DNA of 61,511 nucleotides, counting the filler, from Sluysia triapertura (Eukaryota): NCBI GenBank assembly GCA_046118255.1. It is 4 parts of 4 records of this genome, joined end to end, with 100 filler letters (N's around TTAATTAATTAA, not from the genome) between each part and the next. Parts side by side here need not be neighbours in the genome. Positions count along the whole stretch, not along the records: positions 44,485 to 61,511 come from JBJNIA010193493.1; 3 more parts are not named here. One strand, 5' to 3'. Shown here one piece after another: positions 51,501-61,511 of the stretch; the first letter of the stretch is position 1; each line of letters starts with the position of its first letter. The position numbers and the translations under genes are program-made. The notes under the pieces were generated by a model. The model saw only the letters and a program-made list of their open reading frames with translations, was not told the DNA's origin and did not search any database.

Positions 51501-54500
51501 ATCCGGCATTGCTTACAATTATACTTTTAATATACATATCGTTCGATTTTGCTAAAATGGAAAAATTTTAAAATTTATTTTGACTACCAATTATCGGTAT
51601 CTCCTGCCCAATTTTAGGCCAACAATATATATTTAAATTTTTTTCAATATTACTCCCTCTGGATTTTTATTTTTGTTACATTAGTAAGCATTAAGCCGAG
51701 TTTTAATTTTAAATTTTTTCCATTTTATATTAAAGTCCCTTTTTAATCTAAAAACTGTTTATAATACATTTTTAAATTGATCATTTTCCGACCATCACAA
51801 TGACACAAATAACAAAAATAAAAATCCGTTATATTTATTAACCTACACATCAAAACTTTTAAATCAAAAAATCTTACGAAAAGTTCAGAAAGCAGCTTAA
51901 AGTTCTTTGAAATGAGGTCACAAATAAAATAAATATAGAAAAGTACTTTTAACGATATGAACTACCAATAGAAATATGATTCACTAAAACATTTTTGTAG
52001 TTTTCCGTAAATACAAGAAAAGTGATTAGAAATACTTATTAAATTTTGAAATGTCTTGAGTTATTAAATACTTTTCATTCATTAAACACCGTTGAAGAAA
52101 TATTCGACACAAACACGCAAATCATCTAAACGTAATATTAAATAACTTTTCTCTTTTTTCGGTAAAATTTGAACCATTGGTTTTTGAACACTTTCGAACC
52201 ACTGAAACTTTTCTAGTAATCCGAAATGTTTTATAATACGATTCTTAATATCCGAAAGTATATCACGGAACGCAACAAAAGGTTGTGAATTATAGATTCA
52301 ACAATACTAATGTGATCAGCATGTACTCTAAATGCTAGGTGATTAAACCAATTTGATTCATGAAGCATTATAATCCATGGAATTTGAAGCCAAATATGTA
52401 ACCAATATTAAATCTGTGTATTCACTTCTCACCCAATCAGCCAAAACTGTTTTATAACCAATACTAAAGTCGAAATGCAACATGTAGTAGAATTTTTGAT
52501 GAAACGAATGAGAATGCATATTAAAATTTTTTAACAAATATCATTAGTTCTATAATTGTAAATCATAACAATTTTTAAAAATTTCAAATAATAAAACAAA
52601 AATAAAATCAAGCACGTAAAATAGCTTTGTTAAATAATTCGCTTTTACGTATTTTGAGCAAAAAATATTTAATTTTAAATATTTTTATAAAAAAACAAAC
52701 ACAAAAGAAAACGTCATTTTTTAATTCAATTAATGTTACTTCTGATTTTGTTAAATTAGAATAACCAAATAACTTTTAAGTCATTTCAAATTGAAATTAA
52801 CAAATTAAACAAATATGCACCCAAATTGCTTACTTTAAGTACAAGTTAAAAATTAACGCAATAATTGAAGTAAAATTGACATATATATCTGGTAGTTTTT
52901 AATTTTCAGAAACATCTAATATTTCCTGTATTCGTTGAAATATCGATTTAAAAAAATAGCATTCTTTATTTTTCCTTACATTGAGCTTAAAATGCCATAA
53001 GCTGTGGAGACTGCATATGACAATTCGTGTTGATAAAGTTCTATTGTGAATGCTGTCAACGTTACTCTGCACAATTAAGATATCTATATAAATTAAGATA
53101 TCTATAAACGAAGCCCAGAGTGTTATTGATATTCCACCGCTCGATTAAAACGTAATATAATTAATATTTTATATAATGTTAGTGTTTAGCTGTTAATATG
53201 AATCATTGGTATTTGAGTTCATTGTATTTATTCAAACGTCAATACTTTAATTTTATGTAGAAAATACTAATTATTATATACTTATTATATACAGATTATA
53301 TACTTGCTATATTAAATTCATAATTTTTAGAAATACTTTTAACTATATTTATCAAATTAGCAAAAGTGTGGTTTGATCAAATTGACTTTGTGCATTACTT
53401 TACTTTATTTAGATAGTAATATATTTCTAATTATGAACTAAACAATTCGTGTCTAACCAAATATCACTTACAATTAAATACATAATGAATGTCAATTACA
53501 GTTAAGCGAATATTCTAACCAAGATAAAAGAAACATCAACTGTTGACTTTACAATCCAATAAATTATGTCCGAGAAATTTTATATTTAAATACGGCTAAT
53601 TAATTTTTAATTTCATTCGATACTATTAAGCGGCCAATATCATTTCATATGTTTGATTTGATATAAGCATTTTTGGGATTATATAACCCATTTATTCATT
53701 TTTTTTCATATTTAGAATCTAATTATTTTTGTGTGCTTTTAGTTTTGTTTTAACAAATAATAATTTCTGTTGCTAATTAAGATATTCGAAGAATTGTTTC
53801 AGGCTTTATATGAAACTAAGTTATCTTTGATTTCAAGTAATTTCAATTATTTATTTTAATTTAAGTTAGTAGAAAAATTTTCAATAAAATAATGCAGAAT
53901 ACAATGAATTTTATTGGCTTATGTTCTATCATTAACATATATTTCTACAAATTAAAAGGAAAATCTTTTTAAGTGAAACATTTATATTTAAATATGATTG
54001 AGAAAGTTGGATTTAATGCATCATTTGATTTACTTAACATAAATGTAAACATCAAAATTTAGAAGTAACAACGTTCACTAAAAACAGTTTACATAAACAA
54101 TTTCTTCTCGCAATAATATAAGAGATTTAGATATAAATAAATTAAATAGTTTATTTCATATTTTAAAAATAATTTTTCTATATTAAAAATTGATGTTAGG
54201 TTGTCTAATATGAAATTAACTTTTTCTGAAACTTTAAAATAACTTATGTAATTAAATTTTCTTCATTGCATGGCAAATTTACTATTCAATAAACTAGATT
54301 TTACTAGTTTGTACTAATAGAAAATTCATAATTCTGTAGCAGCAAAAAACATAACCATAAAGACAGCTTAGGATCTTGAGATTAGTAAGAAATATAACCA
54401 CTTGTACATAATTCATCTAGGGTATAATTGAGATATTATTCTGTCATCAATTCAAGATGTTTCAGCGCAAATTAATTGATAATCTACAATTATATATTGC

Positions 54501-57446
54501 ATTTAAGAAATTAAATGTATTCGACTTTATTAACTAAGTATTATAAAGAACTACAATGAGAAATTTAATGGTAGGATAACCTGAAAGGATTATATATTTC
54601 AATTATAGAGAAAACTTGATAAACTATTTAAATAGGTATTGTAAAAATTTCTAAAACATATAATTTCGGAAAAGTAATACTCAGTAATTAGCAGAAAGTT
54701 GTTTTATATAATACAAAAACCATACGTTTAAAGTCACCAAATTACACAAACCGGTTATGAAGTCTAGTGTAGCATCTTAACTTAATCTGAACAGATCAGC
54801 ATTTATTCAAATATCCTAATTACTGTATTGAAAGCAAAGTATTCAAAGGTTTGGATTGCATTAAATTATGCCTTTTTTTGCAAAAATTCTGTTTTATGAA
54901 TTAGCTACACGATAGTAAGAGTGCACAAAATAAAACTGTCGTTATTTTGAGAAATGCATATTTTTTCTTTTTAATTTAATGCCTAATCTGGCTATTTCAT
55001 ATTGGACAACCTAATATGTTTAACATATTTACCTTAGGATTTTCAGTAGTTGTAACAAAACCGACAGATTTATGATCATCCACTGAACCATTTTGAAGTG
55101 GTAACAAACTAGAAACCTTTTCGTTAACACTGGAATTATTAGTATTATGACTGATACTTGTTTTTATACCTAGACCTGAATCACTCATACCATTATCAAG
55201 ACTATTTAATATAGTACTTTTGCAAAGAGAAACTGGATTATTGCTGCTAACATTACTAGCACTAATATTTGTAGTAGTAGAACTAACATTTCCATTAGCA
55301 GTACTGATTGTATTAGATCCTAAAGTTAAACTGGTACTCTTGATGTTAATTGATATTTGTTCACGAGTAAATCGATAATTGTTCATTTTCAAGTGTCCAA
55401 TTCCATTTTCACTACTATCAATTAATCCGTCATCACCAGAACTGTTTGGAGTCATACTTCTTGAAACGCGTTCCATAAAGGCAGTTTGATTATTCGAATA
55501 AACAGAATCATCATCATGATAAGATGCTTCTAATTCGTCTTCATCTACATCTTGTTCATACCAACTATCATCATCTTCTAATGCTCTAAACTGTCTTTTT
55601 GTATTACATTTACCTATAGATGGATTAATTACAGTTGACAATAAATTAATTGTATTTGTTGGAGAATTGACAATGCCCATAGAATTAATGTGCTGATTTG
55701 TACTAGTAATCTCAGATGATTTTGAATTTTCAGTGCTTGATGTAGTTGCTTTCGGCTTTTCTTTTTCAATAACTTTAAATGTTTCTCCTAATGACGTATA
55801 ATTATGCTTCACAAATACATGATGGCAATTAGTCGCAACCGTATGAAATAGTAAAGATAAATTTTCTGTACGTATAAAATCAAATAATTCTAATAAAGCT
55901 GAATTAAGCATATTATATTGCGAATATTTATCTAACAATTCACCAACTGATTTCATAAGATCGTTTTTAATAATATAACGAATATTTATTTCTTCCTTGG
56001 ATCCAATAAATTTTCTTATAACACGCACAGCAGCTAAAACGACAAATTTATGTCTTGATTGAAACAATGTAACAATATGTTTTAAAAGATCGTGAATCAG
56101 TTGAAAATTCTTCATAAGAAACACATGTGACTCAACACAAAATGCTATTAATTCTAATATTTCATTCATTACCATAGAAGTATGATAATCATCGTATTTT
56201 AATTCGTTATTGCCTGTTAATTCAATTAAGGATTGTATCAAATGAGGCATACAATTTTTATAAAAAAATTTAGAAATTCTTGTTTTTCATTTCGTTGATT
56301 AGTAGTAATCATATTTTCAGGTTCAACTAAAACTTTCAAAATATTCATTATTAAAAATCCAGTACTTAATTCTGGATCAAGGTCACTGATTAAATGATCA
56401 ATTAATAGATTGACGCATAAATTATCTTGACTACTTTCACGAGCATCATTTAAAAAGAAATCTCTAACCATACTTGGTTGATTCTCAACAAAAATTTGTA
56501 AAATATCTACACACAGCAATTGAACACGGTCATTAACTATTCTAAAAGAATAAAATAAAGCTTTAAGAGCTCTATTTTGTGAAAGAGCACTAAAAAATAA
56601 TTCTTTTTGTTGTGGTTGTAAGGAATTAACTATAGTACAAAATTCTTTTTTTAGTAAGCCCAATAAATCTAATCTGTTTTCTATGGACAAATCTGTAGCA
56701 AGCAATTGATTAAAAACTTGCTGTAAAAATGATGATTCTTCTTGTATTTTCGATATTATATCCACTTTATTAAGATAAATAAATGAATTCAATGATGAAC
56801 TTGCATTGTCATCAAATAAGGACGGAGGAGGTAAACAATTATCTTGAATATATTGAACTCGATAAGTCTGATGAATTTTTGTCTTTAATGGTAAACATAT
56901 TGGTATGATTTCTTTAAAATTTGATTTATTTAATATAAAGTCGCGATGTTTTACATGCTTGCTTGGATTATATTCTAACATTCCCACAATATCCATTAAG
57001 AAATCTTCGGAAAACATTATCTCAAACAGATGACGACGATTAAATTGTATTAGAGAACGAGTTATTTCATATAAATAATGCAAGGACTTAGTGTCATCTA
57101 TATCTTCAGCCTTGTGAAATAAATCTATTAATTGTTTAATATACTGAGATCTTTCAAGAGCGTTCGCTATCTTCTCCCGTTGAATTGGATAATTGATTAC
57201 TTGATTAAGCATCTCAGCAATTTCAGGCAAATGATCTAAATCACATAAAGGCAATTCGTAGCCTTGATTTGCGCCACTAGATGCACTTGAATCCTTAAGA
57301 ATAAAAATTAGTTTATATTAACAAATAAGCTTGTCTATTCTTCAAATACTAACCACATTAAAATGTAGTAGTTATTTTTTAGCTAAAAATATTATTTACA
57401 TTAAATTATATACTTAAATTAATACAAATTTTAATAACTTTATTAA

Positions 57447-57485
<39 letters not shown>

Positions 57486-57916
57486 AAAGCAGTTACATTA
57501 AACGTATTCAACATAAACACTAAAATTACTTCCATGTCTTCACCATCATCAGGTTCATCTATTAAATCTTGTGTAATATCCACCGACGGATCTTTACCCT
57601 GAACATTACATATTTTTTCCCATATATCATCACAGCCTGTTTTTTCTTGAAATGACAAGGCTAGATCAACATTATCACCATCGGACCATACAATTAAAGT
57701 TTCTTGTTGTTTCTGATAAGCCGTATCAGGCTGAATTTTAGATTCTAATAGATGTGACCCATCAGTTTCTGAAATTACTACCAAAGCCATTGTTCCATTT
57801 TTAACAAGTGTCGCTGAAACATGACCAGTTCCTTTATCATCCCACTGGCGCTCTTCATTAAGCATATACAATTTCACTCGTCTTCTTGTACTAACATCAG
57901 TAGTATTATTCGCCAT
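48598..57916 (-). CDS. PPP4R3: Serine/threonine phosphatase 4 regulatory subunit 3 (SMEK/Psy2/falafel)
   Basis: Exon 1 57916-57530 (EVH1: [70 protein letters not shown]). Exon 2 57293-55033 ([16 protein letters not shown]-like region; needs +1 T at 56262-56268). Exon 3 49014-48598 ([13 protein letters not shown] motif, terminal basic KRSK). All junctions GT-AG, phase 0; ~1020 aa. Confidence 0.95.
49357..50720 (+). mobile_element. Decayed hAT (Buster/Charlie, ZBED5/8-like) transposon in PPP4R3 intron 2
   Basis: BED finger [42 protein letters not shown], and dimerisation domain [27 protein letters not shown]; Charlie-like end AGTGGTTTTCAACC. Confidence 0.9.
51204..51511. mobile_element. hAT-type MITE
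   Basis: CAGGACCGAAT...ATCCGGCATTG imperfect TIR; 8-bp TSD cttacaac/cttacaat. Confidence 0.7.
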
Positions 57917-59219
57917 TAATACTAGAATTGATCAATTAATAATTAATAAGAATTTAAATAAGAGAATCTATTTAATAAATTTTATCTTATTAAAAATTGC
58001 GGACAAATACGATTTCTAATATATTAACACTCTAAAATAAATTATTAGCAAACGCCATTTTCGATCAATTATTTTTAGCAAATTAGTATGTTAAAACAAA
58101 TACACTTACTCGAAGGAATTGAAATAAATACTTATACAAACAAATGTAACTATAAAAAGATTTAAAATTATATAATGGATATTAAAAGAAATAATATAAT
58201 TTATAAAAAATATATATTTTTATAACTATTAACAGTTATTTGAAAATATTTTTTTATTTTAAATGTTTATTATTGTGCAATCTACAATTATCTTTCTCTT
58301 AAAAAGGTTTAAATTTGAAATCATTATTTTTATTATGAGTATGTGTAAGGATAATTTAATTTGAATGATTGCAAGGTAAAAAGTTCCAATAATCGCAGTA
58401 TTCTATACAAGTAATATATTTCGAGAATTTATTGTTGTTGGATATTTGCTTTCATTGAGAAATAGATACGTAGATTATACTCGAATTTCTTAGTTTAACG
58501 CGGTTAACAAATTACTTTCCCGATTTAGTTCATTATGAAAAATGCATTAAAGATGATCGATGATGGCGTATTTTATAACATTAAATATCTTTAAAAATCA
58601 AAATAAGTTTTAATTACAATTACATTATCAACTATCATCAAATTTAAAATTTTTTCTTAAATAAATTTTCAACTATTAATCAAATAATAGTGTATGACAA
58701 GGGCAACGCAAGTGACAATAACTCAAAAATCAATATTAATATCACCAAGTTTAAACAAAACATTAGCTAACCGTAATCCTTTATTAAATTAAGTCTGACG
58801 AATGGCTTCACGCACAAGGTTGTTAGAAAAACTTTCAATCTAAAAGGTGTTAAGACTATCAATAAGTAACTAATTAACTCGCCTGTGTAGCAGTTTTCAA
58901 GACATGCTCAATCCCTTGTTTTATCTAACCAAAAACCATTTGTCAAAAACAAAATCAAATCCTACAGCCGCATCAATTTCTAATATTCTAATAATTTATT
59001 AATTTTAAATTACATATTCTTATCTAATATTAAAAAGCACTTCGGATATTCGGACATTTCCTCGCTTAACTATCAAATTAAATTTTGATTTTATCTACTT
59101 CTAATAACTATTTTCAATGTTTAATAGGTCGACATTACGCTTATCACTTAAGTAGAAATCATCCTTCAACAAGGTTTCATTCTATACATGTGTTGAGTTT
59201 GTGTGCCATTTCAACCCAT

Positions 59220-59921
59220 TCGGGGAAATAATAATAGTAATGGTAATAATGTTGGGATTGAAAACGCATGAAATTACAAGTATATGAAGAATCAATACAA
59301 AATGATGAATAGAAATAATAAAATATTGTTGGAGTAAGAATAATGATGATGAAAACGTCTGTAATTATGTGGATAACTGAAGAAGACATTTATACTGTGT
59401 TGAGACTTTGTGGAAAACCTTTGAAGGCATTAGAGTACCTTTAAGCTTGTGAACCTTGAGATTATCTGAGACTTTATTAAACTTTAAGTATTCTTGAAAA
59501 CTTGATAGGCATCTAGGATCTTCGATTAATCTATTAAAGTATCTAAAATCTTTAAAATATTTCAGAAATAAAATAATTGATATATTTCCATGGTAATAAT
59601 TAACATGAAGAAGTAGAAAAAGGAATCAGATAAGTGAAGGTGAAAACACCTAGCGCCTCCTGAATGCTTTATAAACTATCAAATAACTTTAGAACCTTAA
59701 TAAAACCTTTAAATATAAAATAAGATTAAATCTAAAAATATATTAATTATTTAAAATCTTAATTAACTTAATTAAGAAAAAGTACGTTTCTATGAATAAC
59801 TTTTGAATGCGGAATGCTATGTTAAATTTGAAACTGTGTCTATACTTGTTTTAAAAAGACCTTTCGATGAAGGTATGGTTTGACCGAGTTCATGCAGTGT
59901 CAAATATTAATTAATTCTTAA
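59220..59921. repeat. ~600-700 bp dispersed repeat, copy 2
   Basis: Same collinear blocks as 46050-46640. Confidence 0.85.
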
Positions 59922-61511
59922 TATGTAATGTTGAATTTTTTATACTTAGAATGATGTAAATATAATGAATGAAATATGAGACTATTGCTATGAGAGAGGA
60001 GAATCCAGAATGATTTGAAATGTTTGCAGAATGGCTTGTTTCTGAATAAGAACCTTAAACATTTTTCATTAGAAAATTTGGTGTGACATATCGAAAATCA
60101 ATTAAATTCATTATTTTTATCTATGTTAACAATATTTAACAATTTAAGTAAAAACAGATTGTGTAGAGTAAAAACAATGATGGTTGATAATAAATTAAAT
60201 TTTTGTGTTTTCTTCCTAATGAAGTTTGACAGGCCGTACCATGTAATTGTCAAATTTGTTATTTAATGATTTGATGATTTGTGTGAGAAAGTGTTTGATT
60301 GTGAAACTCAGGATTGATTGGATGATGAGAAACTATAAAATGAAAAATTTTAAAATTTTACAACGCAAGCGTCTAGTCAACTAACAAATTGTTATTATCA
60401 TTGGTACCATGACTATGGTGACGTTTTTTATAATTTTTATTATTTTATTATATTTATTATTAAAATTAATTTTTTGAAAATTTTTGCTAATTTTCGCTAA
60501 AGTAATAATTTGTGAGCTATTGATAAATTTGATTTTTGGGAGGATCCTTACCCAAATTATTTTATAATATTAAGTTATAATATAATATTTTATAATGTAA
60601 TATTTTATATTATTAAGTTAAAATAAAATTATCCATAAATATTTAAGTGTCACTATTTTCAATTTTCTAGATATTGATAAATTGAGAAACAGAAACTGAT
60701 AAGCAGAAAACTTACTGACAAAAGTGTTTAATGAACAAAAGTAGGTTCGCCTGTAATCTAAGACTTACATACTTAAGAGCTTATTCGTAGGATTTACAGG
60801 CTAATGCAAATGCTGCTACGTAATGTGGAAGCCTTAATGGTATATCTATGTAACATTAATAATATTGGCAGTTAATGATTTAGTTCTTTCATTAAACAGG
60901 AAGTGAAAACCGGTAATGATTTTAAATTGAAATTTAAATAACCACAAAACTGAACTCCTTTTAAACTGAAATGCAAAGGTACTATGAGGGATTAGGTGAT
61001 TTCGAATAATAAAATTCCTTAATCACAAAAATTAATATTTTAGTAAAATTGTACAAGCTTGTAAAATTTGTGTATAAGGATATATAAAATATAAAAAAAG
61101 CTGAATCTTTAAATAAAGTTTAAATAATTTTAAAAATATTTTAAGGCTTCAAATTGCCTAAAAATTTAATTTTGAGTGATATTTTAACCGTTTGATATTT
61201 TAACCGTTTGATATTTTAACATTTGTTTCGTTAAATATGAATACTAACATTTTGCGTGTTGATACTTTGTTATTTGACTGTGTGAAGACATTGATTTATA
61301 ACTCAGCATTTGTACATATTCTGTGATTATTAAAAGTATATCCAATTTATTATATTCAAAGTTAAGGAAAGTTACAGCCATCTGTTTCGGTTGGTGTATT
61401 TAATTTCTTGATGTTGAATTAAAGTTTTGTTAGATTTTTTCTTAATCTTAACAAATTACCTGTAGGGTCAGTTCGCTTAGTATATACGCTTTATACCAAA
61501 CTTGGAGACGT

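Noticed and set aside
54997-57916. Three separate genes from the ORF track
   Set aside because: They are consecutive parts of one PPP4R3 gene, split by an intron and a 1-nt frameshift.
59860-59897. Hammerhead core in the direct repeat (TCGATGAAGG..CCGAGT)
   Set aside because: Both copies lack CUGANGA and GAAA, and no stem I/III pairing was found.
46050-59921. LTR retrotransposon bounded by the direct repeats
   Set aside because: No TG..CA ends, PBS or gag/pol were seen; the interior is an intron-containing host gene and the repeats are quite diverged.
60749-60801. Hairpin GCCTGTAA..TTACAGGC as ncRNA or terminator
   Set aside because: A single imperfect inverted repeat with no supporting context.

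Overview
This is very AT-rich eukaryotic (metazoan) genomic DNA, not a prokaryotic locus. It contains three 100-nt artificial joins (N44-TTAATTAATTAA-N44) and one 164-N gap. Introns of 33-37 nt, (AAT)n tracts and an SM-alpha-like tRNA SINE suggest a flatworm-like host (inference). Three spliced host genes can be reconstructed by hand: (1) the 3' part of a p400/Domino (EP400/Eaf1-type SANT) gene on the minus strand, 8 exons, 2745-~10265; (2) the first five exons of a p90 RSK kinase on the plus strand, 31417-37181, with the rest not found; (3) a complete PPP4R3/SMEK gene on the minus strand, 48598-57916, ~1020 aa, with one apparent homopolymer frameshift. Introns and intergenic DNA are full of decayed mobile DNA: Polinton-type PolB remnants, Tc1/mariner, hAT (Buster plus MITEs), TTAA-flanked piggyBac-type MITEs, L2/CR1 LINE ends, an RLE-type LINE end, probable Penelope remnants and a tandem tRNA-derived SINE. 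The most unusual feature is a ~2.3-kb head-to-tail mosaic of unrelated host-gene fragments (EGF/SEA-like, GPCR, AIG1/ADTRP and unidentified pieces), all on one strand and next to hairpin subterminal-type repeats. It looks like gene-fragment capture by a mobile element. All family calls come from remembered motifs; no database searches were run.
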